Position numbers and translations under genes: made by a program. From NCBI RefSeq assembly GCF_009914755.1, contig NC_060936.1: a stretch of 64,000 nt of DNA, one strand, 5' to 3'. The notes under the pieces were generated by a model, which worked only from the letters and a program-made list of their open reading frames with translations, searched no databases and had not been told where the DNA came from. The stretch is from the human T2T-CHM13v2.0 reference genome, Homo sapiens. How positions within the stretch are numbered: the first letter of the stretch is position 1; every line of letters begins with the position of its first letter. This document shows, piece after piece, positions 44,831 to 60,920 of the stretch.

Positions 44831-47064
44831 GTGATCACACCCACCAGCCATTACTATAGAATAAACACCTCCCAGATCTCAGTGGCTTACAAAAATATTG
44901 ATTGATTGATTGCTCATTTTACTTGAGGCTGTGGGTCTCCTGCAGCTCGGCTGGACTCTCCTATGCTCAACTGTGCTGGGTTCAGCTCAGCTCCGTGAGG
45001 CTTCTCTTTCCAGAATCCAGGCTGAAGCCACCATCGCTGGCACCTGCAGCTTTCCTGGTGAAAGACACTCCAGGCCGTGGCAGGTGAGAATCCCCAGGTG
45101 TGTCTTCTAACACCTCCACTTGTAATCAGCCCATTGTTACTTTGACCTTCATTCTATTGGTCAATGAATGACCACATCCAAAGTCCATGGGGCAGAGGTG
45201 CGTTTGCTGACAGCTGTGGAAGACAGAAAATAATCCACCACAGGGCGACCATCAAACTCTATCATCATCCTCTTCGTCTCCTCCTTATTTCCCAAGGGAG
45301 GGCACTCTATTAACCCCCGAGGCAGAGTGGATGATGTATAGTAAACATCACTGCCATCGAGGTTATAGGCAAAGGTGCTGCACAAATGGCAAGGAAGGCA
45401 ATGGCTACCCACATTTTTTTAAGTTGAGGAAAGACAGACATTAAGTCCATGGATGCAGGTGAACCCACTGTGGCTAAAACCAGTTTGTGCATAGAGACAA
45501 GGATATGTCTACTGTAATATTTATCTTCCCCAATGTACAAAATTACCCTAAGGGAGAAGAAAAAGAGTATTTCATAATCTAATCTGCAGAATTCTGACAT
45601 TAAATTTAATAGGAGGCAATAAAATGCATTTGTGGTTTGCTCAGTGTCGACATAGTGTGTTCAATACCTAGAATTAATGAGATTGTGCACTTCCTAAGTG
45701 TTTGCATGCCAGTTTTCTGAGGGTAATAACTACATTTTCCATCTCAGAAACTGCTGTGTAAGTGACTGATACTGCCCTTGCTTCAAAGGAAAACAGATTG
45801 TTCTGGTTATTTTTGTTGGTTTGATTTTTAATTAATGGTGACCCTGGTGTATTGTTATTGGTCCATTTGAACACGTTATTACTCACAAGGAACTGACTCG
45901 GAGGAGTTGCCCGTTGCCACACTTATAACAAGGGGAACAGTCAGGGGAAAGAATGATAGGAATTGTGTTGTTCACAGACTATGCCAGGACAAAAAATGAG
46001 GAGATTGACTCACTTTACAAAATAGAGGAGTTCTCCAAAGCAGTGCATTGGGGAAATTGTCAAAATGGACTTCATTTTCTGGCCGATACCACTTTGCCTT
46101 TCAAGCTGTTTTATTTTCATTTCTACTTCGTTTTCAGTGGTGGAGACACCTGATAAATCAACTTAAAGTTTCTCTTCTCCCTGGCCTTTAAGAAGCTAGT
46201 TTGGCACAATCAAATCTCCATAAAGAAATAGTCTGTAAGATGGTGAAATAGTCTGTAAGATGAGACACTTTGCAATGTGTTACCTCCACTTTCCAATCTA
46301 CTCTACCATATATAACTCTTCAGAGTTTGAGGAATAACTTGGTGCACATAGGGTTTAGGAGAGTGGGCTGCATGGCATTTGGCTGCCTGGGCTCAAATCC
46401 CAGCAGTCACCTGCCGTGGTGTGGCCTCTGCCAGTTTGTTTTAATGTTTAAGGCTCAATTTCCTCAACTGCAAAATGAAGAAGAAAATAAGATTTAACAT
46501 ACCAGGAAGAATTAAATTAAGGCACTGCCTTGCAGCTCTTATTATGATAATTTAATGTACATATTCCAAATGGTTTTCTTTCTTCAGATGTTCAGACAAG
46601 TCTAGAAATATGCACAAACGTGTGGCACGATGATACCGCCAGCATGGTGTGTGAAATGGAAGGACGTACTTGGCCTCAACATCCAGAGCACGGATGCTAT
46701 GGATCTCCAGCATATGATAAGATGGGCATACCAGTGATTCAACAAATGCATGTCAAATGTAATTATTTAGAAAAATTTGCATAACCAGGTGATAACCTTC
46801 AGCCTAGAGAGGTCAGTGATGTTCTCGTGGGCCGCAGATCCTTTTTAGAATTCAGTGGAAGATTCAGAGCTACTAATCAGGGAGCCATGCTATACTTCTC
46901 AGCATGGGAAGCTTCTCAGCTGAACTTCAGAAGATGAGTAGACCCTCTGAAACTCCTCTGAATAATGCCCTAGGGCTCCCAGACTTTATGTTAAGAGTTC
47001 CTGTCCATTTCTCTTCTCCCAATACCATAGCTGCTCAACAAATAGGTTTACTCAGAAAATCAGT

Positions 47065-47896
47065 CCAGTGAGTGCTCTTGGGTTCTCACCCAGATCCCAT
47101 TTTGGGTCTCTGGACCCATCCACTGCTGATGTCCACAGTGCAGCCAACAGGGTACAGCCTTGTCCGGCCATTGAGGAATGCTCCTGCCATCCCCAGCCAC
47201 CCCTCTTAGAAATGCCATGGAGATTACACTATCCCTCAGGAGTAGCCTGAAGGCAACAGTTGCCCAGTGCTAGGATGCAGAAGCTGGAGCCCTCACCTGA
47301 GATGAGACCACTCTGGAGGAATTCACACTCTGGAGGTATTCACACTCGGGAAGCATTCACATTCTGGAGGCATTCACAGTTTGGAAGCACTCACACTCTG
47401 GAGGCATTCACACTCTGGAGGCATTCACACTCTGGAGGCATTCACTCTCTGGAGGCATTTACTCTCTGGAGGCATTCACACTCTGGAGGCACTCACACTC
47501 TGGAGGCACTCACACTCTGGAAGCACTCACATTCTGGAGGCATTCACAGTCTGGAAGCACTCACACTCTGGAGGTATTCACACTCTGGAGGCATTCATAC
47601 TCTGGAGGTATTCACACTCTGGAGGCATTCATACTCTGGAGGCATTCACACTCTGGAGGCATTCATACTCTGGAGGTATTCACACTCTGGAAGCATTCAC
47701 ACTCTGAAGCTCCCATGGGATCAGCTTCAGCTGGGCTTCAGCCAGGCCGACGTCTTTGTCCTGCTTCTCTCCCAGGCTCCATCAGTCCCTTCCGCATCTC
47801 TTCCCTTTTTGCATCACTCACATGTCTTCTGAGAAACCCCAACCCTCAGTAAATCATCTACCCCATCTCAGGCTCTGCTTTAAGGAAACCTGACCA
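47065..47896 (+). mobile_element. LTR16-like ERVL LTR hosting a minisatellite
   Basis: agctcccatgggatcag...ccctcagtaaatca...ccccatctcaggctctgctttaaggaaacctgacc. Confidence 0.72.
47308..47706. repeat. 17-bp minisatellite, about 23 copies
   Basis: Unit GAGGCATTCACACTCTG. Confidence 0.95.
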
Positions 47897-50800
47897 TCCA
47901 CTGTTTCTTTAAGAAACTAACACAGGCAACAGGGATCCACTCAGCAAACAGTCTGAAGGCCCACTATGTGTGGGGCACTCTTCCAGGCACAATGCCTGTG
48001 AACCCACTGACCACAGGCTAGTGGGAGGAATTCAATAAATACACCCATATCTACTATGAAATCAGCTGGCCACGGCCCCATGGAGAAAATTAACTCAGGG
48101 TAAAAACTGGAGCTGAAGGGAAGTGGGTGGTCCTTTAGACAGAGCGTCAGGGAAGGTTTCCTTGGAAGAGACACTGAAGCAAAGGCTAAAACAGACTGAA
48201 AGGGGGTCTGGGGGAATGTCTAGGGAAGAGCCTTCTGAGTAACGCTGAGGGGGAGGATTATTAATGTCCCCAGGCAAATGCTGCAAATCACACTGCCATT
48301 ATGTTATTGCCTTTAGTATCTACTTTGAGGGTTGGAGCAGAACAACACACCTGTGCCAGGTGTACAGCACAGTGCCAGACCCCCACAGGTGGTCAGTCGT
48401 GATGCTCTACTGTTTATAGTCTTGCCAGTGAAATCACCTTCAGCAGCCAGGACACACTCTCACTGTGACTCCTGCTTAGAGGTCAAATGCCATCATGGTC
48501 ATAATAAGTCCCCACACTGTCATGGGATGATTCCTCTGCCAAACGTTCGGTGATTTTCAGTTAAAAAGATGCTCCCTTTTTATTGAATTGCTCTTCCCAA
48601 GTTGAATATCCAGGCCAGAGGTGTCACTGTTCTCCAGGGGGAGTGCAGAGGTACTGGGGCCTGTTATGGGAGATTTACTGATGGTCAAAGACACACTTGC
48701 CCATTGGGAAACATCAAACCAGTAGAGAAGGAAGGGAAACAGACATTGACTTTCTGAGAAAACCCAGGTTGTATTGAAGAATATTCCTCAGATGATTGTT
48801 TATAATAAGAGATAATGACTTGGTAATGAAATATGTGACAACTGTGATCACGGAAGAGGGAGATCTTTTGTGGTTAGCAGAAGCCTGAGGCCCCCATCCA
48901 ATCAATACTTAGGAAGTATCATTAACATTCAGGAGCAGAGGGTGCCCTTTAATATGCAACAAATTCTGTTTTAGTAAGAAATCTCCAGCTCCCCAGGATT
49001 GTTAAGAAATTATTGGAGAAATTCTTCCAGTATGATTTGGTCAAAGGCTTAAAGACAAAGGACCTCAAATTACAGAGAAAAGGATGAGACCCACTCTTTC
49101 TCTATAGCACTCAGCACCCTGGGCCCTCGACCCTATAGCACAGGCTGGTATCTTGCGGGCTGCCTTTCACTGGCCCTAAGGAGGAAGACACGCTCTGAAG
49201 CTTGTTCTATGTTGTAGGACATGTTAAAAGCCCAGATATGTTAGAGTTGCTGGGACGGCAATAATGGTGACATTTTACACTAATTCGAACTTGGCATGTG
49301 AGCTGGCTGCTGCAGGATGATTTACTGCACCAGGGCAACTGAGATGCAGTGGGTCCCATGCACATTTCCAGAGGTGCCCAGAAGAAACTGCCACCAACAG
49401 GGAAAATGAAATGAGAGGGCTGAGTACCAGGAGACCTGTGCTCATCAGTGCCAGCTATGTGCTCCTCATCAGTCTACAGTGGTTACAGGAACAGAAAATG
49501 CTTATACTAAGTGGGAATCCACAAGGATAAAAGAGATCCTAACATGATGATGATGGGCACCCTCTCTAAGGAAGCGTTTGTAAGGGAAGTAACCGCATCA
49601 CGTGCGAGTTCCCACACTTGCCCTAGGTGTTACTTCCTTTGTTGAGTCAGACTTAGTTTCAGAGCAACTGAGAACAAAGAAGAAGCTCATTTCAGTTCTA
49701 ACCTTATAAATAAAATTAGTAAATTGAGATTTAACTCTCAAACTGGCACATGCTCTTTGGCCCAAAAAACTAAAAGAAAGTGTCAGTTTAAGAAATGATT
49801 TAGTTTATCCCAAAGAAATACAATCTGTTCAAATGGGTGGGAACGCCAGCATCACATGGACCCCCACTTCCGAAGCAGCATCTATCTCTGAAGGTGATTT
49901 ATTTGAATGGAGAGCATAGATTAATAAAAAAATGATTTTTTATATCTCATCTCTACCTTTTTATACTTTTTATATCTCATCTCTACCTTAAAATAAAATA
50001 AAAAATGCTTTATATTAAAAAACTGTTTCCAAACAACAGTTAAAGCCAAAAAACGTATATATTGACGGCATCTCATACTGCATGAATATTACCCAGTTTT
50101 GTCTATTGATAACATTATTGATTTCATCCATTGAGAGAGCATTTTCCCTAATGGACTTTGATCATTATTTCCCATGTGAAAAGTGATAGGCAAAGAATAG
50201 TCTATCAACACTGAAACCAGTTAAAGTGTTTTCTTCTCTTTCTACATTGCTCGTAAAAATCTAAAAGCAAATTCCAAAAATCTGGTATGACCTATGTAAA
50301 TTATATAAAACAGTAAAAAAATCAGGAGGTACTAAGAATTTCAATGTACAAATACATTTTCAATGTTGTGTTTGCATTTACGCAAAACTCATCTAAGAGA
50401 TTCATTCTTTTCATCTTATTTCAAACTTTCCTTTTTTCCTTCTTCTTTGAAACTGGTTTTACTAAACTGTACATATGCACGCTGAGATCTGGGGAGAGCC
50501 CGCTGACTTCTGTAGCTCAATTCTCCCATGTTCCCGGGGAAAAGAGGAGGAGGAAGCTGTTAGTGAAAAACAGTTACCCAAAGTGCGAGAAGTAATTCTG
50601 ATGGGGCTGGGTTTGTGCACCTGGGAGTGCATTTTTGGCTCTTTTGCTGCCAACAGTTTAGTGGCAGGAAAGCCTGCTACTCCACAGCCTCGATTTCACA
50701 AAGCCAACTCCTGTGTTTTTATCCAGTTAATTAAATGATATTTGTAAGGCCTGGAAAAAAGTGCAGGCTCGGCATGAGGCATTTATTATGATAAGTCAAG

Positions 50801-51511
50801 TTAGTGCCAAAGAGGCATCTCTATTCATCCTGAAAGCAAGGAGTGACATTTGCTAAGATGCCAAATATGATGCTGGCAGTTTCAAGAAATACACTCACAC
50901 CCCAACAGTGAGCCTCTAGGGACTTGGCAAATGCACGGCCCAACTTTCAGCTGAAACATCTACATCAGCTTCCCAAACAGAATCCCCACCTGTCCTGTGG
51001 TTTCCTTATGTCTCCAGAGCTCTGCCTCTTCTGAGAACCTCAGCACCCCGGGCCCTTGACCCCGTACAAAGCCCCTGTTCCAAATACATACACATAACCA
51101 AGCCATTGACAAGCAAGACCAAAGGGTGGGCAGAGGTCAAAGGCTCTCAAACTCCTGCAGCATCATGCATTTCAGCACTGACTTTCAACACCATTTGACC
51201 CTGGATGGAGCTGTAAGAAACAGAAGCCCTTTTTCTGAGGCATCTGGAAAGAAATTTTCCCCAGCCTGCTAGGAGAAAAGATGAAAGGTTTTTAAACAGT
51301 ATAGTTGTTTGTCATTGTTAATGAACATTTCCTTTTTGTAATATTTTAATTACCGCAAATTTTGCATGAAGGATTTAAAAAAATCTGGATGAATTGTAAA
51401 ATATACAAATAGTTATGTATGTGTCTTTCCATGTGTGTATATATGTGTGTGTGTATGTGTATCTATGTGTGTATGTACATGGATATATGTACAGTTTGAC
51501 TGTGTACGAGC

Positions 51512-52004
51512 TGCCAGGGTTCAGAACACGATACTGCAAAATATGGCACCTTGAGAATTGAGAAAGCTGCAGAAACAAGAGGGTCATTCAGACCATCCCT
51601 CACTTGGGTATGCAAAAGCTGGCCATAAAGGAATTTTCTGACCAACATCACCTGAAAGTAGTTCATAAGGCCCTCATGTGACAGGTGTCCTGGCCCATTT
51701 GCTGGTGTCCATTCCTGGAGGGAAGAGAGGATACACAGACCTAGAAGAATTGAACGCAAAGTCCTTACTAAGTTTCCCATTGATTGTCATTAGGCCACGC
51801 TCCCTTTTTGTCTAGTCATACTTCTACAGGGCCGCGCAGTTTTCCTGGGTCCTCAGCTCTTCATCTGAAGGCTCTTGTAACATGTAAAACTTTGATTAAA
51901 TAAATGAATATGCTTTTCTCTTGCTAATCTATCTTTTATTACAGGGTTGTTAGCTGTGACCCTTGTGAAGGGTGAGGAAATTATACTACTTTCTCTCTCC
52001 TACG
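51512..52004 (+). mobile_element. MER39/MER34-like ERV1 LTR
   Basis: gggttcagaacacgatactgcaaaatatggcacctt...ttaaataaatgaatatgcttttctcttgctaatctatctttt. Confidence 0.75.
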
Positions 52005-52372
52005 GTAAAATGCTGAAATTCAAAAGGGGATATTTGGGGGTAAAATAATTAGACAACTGAAAATTTCAATATTTATTTCCATGCTAAAAATAATGTTACC
52101 AATGCTTAAAAGATAAATTTATTCTGGAAAATGGGGTCACTTTATTTCTGAAGTAATGTTCAGCAAAAGGAGAAGAAAATTTGAAAGCCATGTGGAGAAA
52201 GATCACTATGACCCTGGTGGTCCCATCAACATTCCTAACATGGGTACTTTCTAGGACAAAATTCTTATGTCACATATTTCACAATATTATTACTCAATGT
52301 TTCATCCCCCATTGGCTTAAATATTTTAGAGGGAGATATCTGAATATTTAAATGTTTCAGCTTTGCTCTGCT

Positions 52373-52427
52373 TTGTGCACATGTACCCTAAAACTTAAAG
52401 TATAATAATAATAAAATTTTTAAAAAA
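52373..52427 (+). mobile_element. L1PA extreme 3' end
   Basis: ttgtgcacatgtaccctaaaacttaaagtataataataataaaa. Confidence 0.88.
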
Positions 52428-52723
52428 TGCACTTAAGCTACATGTTGACTTAACTTACAACACAAGCCCCAGTTTTTCCATGCATTTCCTATAGCACACT
52501 AGCACAAATCTGCAATGGATATTTTAGCATAGCCTTTTCACCATTCATTTAAAGTTGTCCCTTACAGAAGAACAAAAGATAGGTGTTACATTTTACAGCT
52601 ATGGTTTTAATGGAAAATATAATTTCTGAGTTTATAAAGCATTTGTCATATCAATTTGAAGCCTGAAATAGAGAACTGAAAATACGTTATAGCATGATTT
52701 GGCTGGATAAAAACAGTTGTCCA

Positions 52724-53080
<357 letters not shown>

Positions 53081-53284
53081 CTATTGGCCTGGATAGTTCT
53101 CTGATGGACAGAGACTTTACTGTGATCCCAATATCCCAACATTAGGAAGGTAATTTTCTAAAAGAGGTAAAAAAGAATATCGAGCAAAATGCACAAAAGC
53201 AGACTTTTAAAAATAAGATTTGTCAAGCTTAAGAACACTTAACTGTACTCCAGCCAAAATCAGAAAATGCTTTGCTTTTTTTTC

Positions 53285-55595
53285 CCAAGTATCCACAGAA
53301 TATTCATCAAGGTAGACCACATCTTGCTCCATGAAAATAGTCTAAACAAATTTTTAAAAGCTGGAATGAGAGAGGAGAGAAATCAATAACAGAATGACAG
53401 CAGGGAAATTTTCAAATATTTGGGAATTTAATAACACACATAATAATCCATGGGTCAAAAACGGAGTCAATGGAAATTTAAAAATGCATATATCTAAATG
53501 AAAATGAAAACCCACGTATCACAATATAGGAGATTCAGGTAATGCAGTTCCGAGAGGAAAATGTATAGCACAAAATATTCACATTAAAAATGAAGAAAGG
53601 TCTCAAATCAGTAACTTAAGTTCCTACCTCAAGAACCTAGAAAGAGATCAAAATGCACTCAAAGCAAGAAGGAAGGAAATAATGAAGTGCAGAAATCAAT
53701 TAAATTGAAAATAGAAAAACAACAGGGAAGTCCATTGAGACAAAGAGCTGGTTCTTTTAAAAAACCAAAAGTTAGTAAACTTCTAACAGGACTGACAAAA
53801 AAAGAGACAAATGCAAATCACCAATAATAGAAATAAAATAGGGAATATCACTACAAAGTCTGCAGCCACTAAGAAGATATTAAAGGAATGTCATAAAGAG
53901 GTTTAAATTCATAAACTTAACAACTTACAAGAAATTAATCACCTTCTGATAAAACTACCAAACCTCACTCAATCTGAATAGCTCTGTATCCATTAAAGTA
54001 ATTGGATTTATAATTATAAGCCTTCTGACAAAGACAGTTTCAGGCTCTGATAGTTTCATTAAATAATTCTATCAACATTTAGAGGTAAGTTGATATGAAT
54101 TATATACAATCTTTACCAGAAATTAGAAGAAGGAACACTTCCCAACTAATTTCTGAGATTGGTGTTACCCTGATATCAAAACCACACAATGGTACCAGAA
54201 AAGAACTTAAATGCAAAAATCCTCCAAAAAATATTAGCATACTGAATCCAGCTGCATAGGAATACAATTATATTTTATGACCAAAAAGGAATTTACTCCA
54301 GATCTGCAAGATAGTTCAACATTCAAATTCAATTAATGTAATCCACCATAGCAACATGCTAGTAGTATAGTAAGAAATCATACAACCCTACTGATGGACT
54401 CAGAAAAAGCGTCTGACAAAATCCAACATCCATCCATTTAAAAATACATACATATATACATTGGCAAGTTAGTAATAGTGGGAAATTACTTCCAGTTTTA
54501 TATAAAACCATCTACAAAAAATCCTACAGCTAGCATCGTACTTAATGATGAAACACTTAATGCTTTCCTCCTTCAATCATAAATACAGCAAGGATTTATA
54601 CCTTTATCAGTCTTATTCAACATAATGCTGGAGGCTCTAGACACTGAAACAAGGCAAGAAACAATAAAATTCATACATATTGCAAAGGAGGAAGTACTCT
54701 ATTTGTAGATAACATGATTTCTATGTATTTAAAAAAAGAAATCATTTTTAAAAAGTGCCTATCACCAATAAGTGAGTGAGTTACTGTGGCTGCAGGATAC
54801 AAGATTAACACACAGAAATCACTTTTATTTCTATGTACTAACAAGAAGCATGAAGAAATCTAACTTAAAAATACAATATCTTTTAAAATCACTCCAAAGA
54901 AAGAAAAGTACTTAGGCAAAAAATTAACAAAATAGGTACAGGATCTGTATGTTGAAAAATACCAAATATTCGTTAAAGAAATAAAATACATAAATAAGTA
55001 GAGAAACTTTTCTGTTCATGGATTGGAAGACTCAACATAGTAAAGATTGCATTCCAGAGAATTATGTTGAGTGAAAAAACCCAGTGCCAAAAGGTTACAT
55101 ACTGTATGATTTTACTTATGTAATGCTATTGCTTATTGCTTATATAATGTATTTACTTATATATCATATATAAGTAAATTACTTATATAGCATATTTTAC
55201 TTATATAACATTATTGAAATGGCAAAATTTTAGATATGTAGATTAGTGGTTCCCATGGGCCATGAACAGGGGAAATGGGAATGTTTGTGTGGTTATAAGA
55301 TGGAGTATGAAGGATGCCTGTAATGCTGGGACTGTTTCTTATCTCCACTGTGCTGTTGGATACCTAAACCTACAAAGGCAATAACACTGTATAGAACTTA
55401 AATGAGTTCAAGAAAAATTGGGGAAACCTGAATAAGATTTGCAAGTTGCATCAGTATCATTATCTTGGATGAGATATTTACTAAAAGTTTTATATGATGT
55501 TACCATTGGGAAAACATATGGGAGGGATGTCTCAGAATTATTTCTTAAAATTGCATGTAGAGCTATAATTATCTTAAGAAAATTTCAATTAAAAA
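53285..55595 (+). mobile_element. Old L1M (L1MC/L1MD-like): decayed ORF2 joined to 3' UTR by an internal deletion
   Basis: ORF2 motifs such as gcgtctgacaaaatccaacatcc, cttattcaacataatgctggagg and tgttcatggattggaagactcaacatagtaaagat, then a jump to gaattatgttgagtgaaaaaa and the terminus ttatttcttaaaattgcatgt...ttaaaaa. Confidence 0.85.
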
Positions 55596-56495
55596 TGCTT
55601 ACTGTCTAAGTGTAAAAATAAGACAAAAAAATCAATTTTTCTCCTTGCATTGATGCTTTCTATTTTTCACACTTTCCGGTTAGATTTTAAGGATACTTAT
55701 ATTCTGGGAATTTAACTTCGCCAGTGTGCAATACAAAAGAGCTACCAAATCGATTTTTCCTTTTCTTGGTATGCATAGTGTTTTCTAGGGTTTGCTAGGT
55801 ATCGTCTTCTGGAAGTTTCTTCCAGTTTCCTTCTTGCTTTCTCTCAAAGGCAACCCACCTGTGTGCTTAAGCGCCAGTTCTTTGTTGTGCCAGCTGCTTC
55901 TTAATTCCTGTTCTCTGGCCTCTAATACAGCAACTCTTGACCCTGGAGATGGTGGTTGGCCATTTTCATTTTTTCCAGGTCATGTGGTTTTCATTTAGCC
56001 TCTGAGCTTCCCTCTGAGTGGCCATGGAATTCAAGCCAGGTGCCCTCTCAAGAGGCTTGCTGGTGCTTCTCTCAGGGGGAGTTTAAACTTTCCATTCCTG
56101 TGGGAAGGGAAGGGCTTTTATACACATTTTTTTGGCTCAGGTTATTTATCAAGATTGATAATTTGGATATCTCAGTCATAAAATGGCAGAAAATCCAGGC
56201 AGATGCATGACACCCAGAAAACTGGACTTCAAGACTTATTAATTTATATTTTCCCACCATTTTGGTTTAGATATTATGGACATAGTACCTAATGGTTTTA
56301 CATTGACTAGCCAAAAGGAGGTGATATAATCCATGATATATAATAGGCAGAAAATATTTAGAACTGAAAAATATTCGGTATAATCCTATTATGCTCAAGA
56401 ACATCCATACCAACCAAATCTGAGAACATTTGACAGTCACTGTTGATCTCACTAACTAGTTTATTATCCAGCTCTTCAGTATTCACACACAGCTA

Positions 56496-57361
<866 letters not shown>

Positions 57362-57390
57362 TTAAGAAAATTTCAATTAAAAAATGCTTA

Positions 57391-57706
<316 letters not shown>

Positions 57707-58540
57707 CTAAGGAAAATGAAACCAAAGTATTATGTTATAATCAGGTTCCTACAAATCAAAAATATAAAATGATTTATAATGAAATGTTCTCTGATTATAC
57801 AGTCTGAGAAAAATAGACATTTATATTTTATAATCTTGAACAGTTCTTGTTATTCCTTGAACTGGCATCAATAATGTGCTGTAGCCTCTCTGGTATGAGG
57901 AACAAATAATAGACTTTAATAAATGCATGAAAGTGTAAATTAATTTATTGCATGCGTACAACAGAATTTGACTTTGACCTTTTTAAAAACATTTATAAAG
58001 ATCAGGCAATTTATCTGAATCAATTTCAGGTGCAACTAATCAGGTGTTCAAGATAATATTACTTTGAATGCTCTTCATTAGGAAGCTGGTGCTGATGAAG
58101 CAAAACAGGCACTGGCAGGAAGGACACAGGAAGATGTATTATGAGGCTGGCTGGTCTGAATGGCACAGTGGCCCTGGTATCTTCAAAAATGATTTGTGCA
58201 AGTTTAAAGACGAGAGAGAGTTTCAGAGTTGACAATAATTGCTGTAAACAGTAGCAATTTAGTGTCTATTAGCCATGCTTGTTCAAGTAGCTGAAATGGA
58301 ATTTCTAAGCATTGCAAACCACCTGCTTTGGCAAAAGCAAAAACATGTGATCCTTTGGTCATGATCTAGCAGCAGGCTGTGCCTAGCACAGATAAGCCCA
58401 GGGCAAAGCAAATGGTGTATGGGGATACGGTCGGCGTGGAAAAGCACATAAGAGGAAATGTGTCTAAGCCACTGAATACTTTTCTCAGAGACAGAGCAGC
58501 CTGGATAAGAAGCAAGAAGCTTCAAGAATCCCCAGTCCTA

Positions 58541-58828
<288 letters not shown>

Positions 58829-60219
58829 CTGAAATGTAGGCGAGGAGGCTCATGCATCTCTGTTCCTCATAAGCACCATGAATCCCTTAACTTAGGGCTC
58901 CCAACAAAGTGCTCTCCCAGCCCTCAGCTCAATGCATATGCTTGTGGGAATTCCTTAGGAAAGTGTTATGCTACGATTCCATTACACTTGCCAATTTAAA
59001 AGGGAGTTCAGAAAGTATCATCTTGGTCCATTTTCTTTCCTTATTGGTAAAAATATATGATAACAATAACAGTACATTTTCTGAGAACTTCATTTAATTA
59101 AGGGACAATAACTCAAAACAGCCCATTTAGAAATACTGAATGCTCAAAGAATAACATTTTCCCATCAACTGGGATTAATGTTTCAAAAATTGCAGAATTG
59201 CAATAAACTGTTTAAAGGAATGGTGTTCATATCTCTTCTGCTCATAGTCCATCCAGCAGGCAGGTAGATGTTTACTATGGGACAGTAATGATCATTGTGT
59301 GGGCTGCTGCACCATCACCTTTGTTGGCAGAGGCCTTCTAGTCTGTACAGAAGCAGCTTCCTGAGCTTATGGTCCTAAGGTTGCCAGAGGACCCCCTCCT
59401 TCCACCATCCTGCCCTAATCAAAAATCACTGCTCTCTGAGCTAAGCTACTTGTATTACTGCTAAGACATCTGAAATGTGTCTCTCGTGTTGCCTATCTTG
59501 GTTTCTCTCTTCCTTCCTCGGGGTTCCAGCCCTTCCTCTCACTCTGGCACATGCTCTACTCTGACCTTCACCTGTCCAGAACCCACCCTGAAACAGCCTC
59601 TCTGGCTCTGCAACTCCAGAAACTTCCCCTCAAGAAGTAGCTGTCCTGTGTCCCTTTATGAGAACACTTTGTTTGGTTGCCACTGCCTAGTCTGTGTGTT
59701 TAGTAGCTGGGGATTGTGGCAGGGGAGAAAGAGGAGTGACTCATGGGTCCTGAGTGAGACCTGTTGGGTGCCCTGCTGCATGTGCTCATGGGAGAAAGAG
59801 AGCTGACATCAACTTCCCCAGCAGCACAGGACAGCCATGCATGTTCAACCCACGTAAGCTTCACAGAACTTCAAAGAGTGTGGTTGAATTATTTCTCTGA
59901 TATTACCGATAAGGAAACCAAGGCATGGCAGAGAGAGGCCACCCATCCAGGGCCACACAGCTGGTCATCTGCAGAAGCAGGGTCTGTGCCCACGTAGACC
60001 ACCTGTTGTGACCTCTTCCTTTCTATAGCTAAATCCATTCGTCTTCTCAACAGGTATGAAATACATCCTTATTTTTGCATGAAGAAACCAAGGCTCAGAG
60101 AGGCTTATGGGTGGCCCAGATAATTGTGAATTAGCACATTGGGATCCAGCTCCATTTCACTTTTGAAACCCAACTTCTTTACAATATGCTGTTCTGCCTC
60201 CCTGTAAGGTCTGAGAATT

Positions 60220-60290
60220 ACACTTACCTGGAAGGGAAGATACCATGATCATGAAGGTGGTTTTCCCAGGGCGAGGCTTGTCTGTTGCAC
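60220..60290 (+). pseudogene. RNU1: U1 snRNA pseudogene, nt 1-71 only (3'-truncated)
   Basis: ACACTTACCTGGAAGGGAAGATACCATGATCATGAAGGTGGTTTTCCCAGGGCGAGGCTTGTCTGTTGCAC matches recalled U1 at 64/71. No Sm site or 3' stem-loop. Confidence 0.93.
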
Positions 60291-60920
60291 ACTTCGAGAA
60301 CCATTTACTTGTATTACTGCTAAAACATCTGAAATGTGTCTTTCCTGTTGCCAATCATGGCTTCTTTCTTCCTTCCTTAGAGCTGCAGCTCTAAGTGATA
60401 GGAAAATTTTCGCCAGCATAGTAAGAGCAATTTGGGTTTCCCAAAGTGCAAGGTGAATATTTCAATGGGTAAAACAAATAATTTTCAATGAAAAAATTAT
60501 AGGTAGCAGGAACATAGCATTTAAAAACAGAAGGAAAAGTTATGAGCTCAATCCTTTCCATGATATTAGGAGAAAGTCTCTGTTCAGTGCTGGAATGTCT
60601 TCAACAGTTCTCTGACCCTTGCTGTTCTTCATTAGTTAATAAAGACAAACTCATAGACATAGGCAGACCATAGTATCTACTCAGATTTTTAATAGTATCA
60701 GTTTATTTTTTCCAAATTCATTTTTATTTGACTTTTTATTACATGGTGGATTGTACTATTTTTTGTGTGTCGGTAAGATGAAGCACCCTAATTTAAATAA
60801 GGATTAAAGAGCTTAACAGGAACAATAATAAAGGTGGCATTTGAAAAAGGAAGTATCTTGAAAGTGGTACGTGGATAAATGAAGTTTTAGAGCTGCCATA
60901 TAAATGGAAGTAAAACAGGT

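Noticed and set aside
46225-46265. Small tandem microduplications (also 35739-35790 and 49937-49990)
   Set aside because: Two-copy 20-31 bp slippage products, which are common background.
47308-47706. CRISPR-like appearance of the minisatellites (also 43895-44272)
   Set aside because: Head-to-tail units without unique spacers, in primate DNA with no cas genes.
53285-55050. L1 ORF2 as a coding gene
   Set aside because: Many stops and frameshifts; no long ORF in the track.
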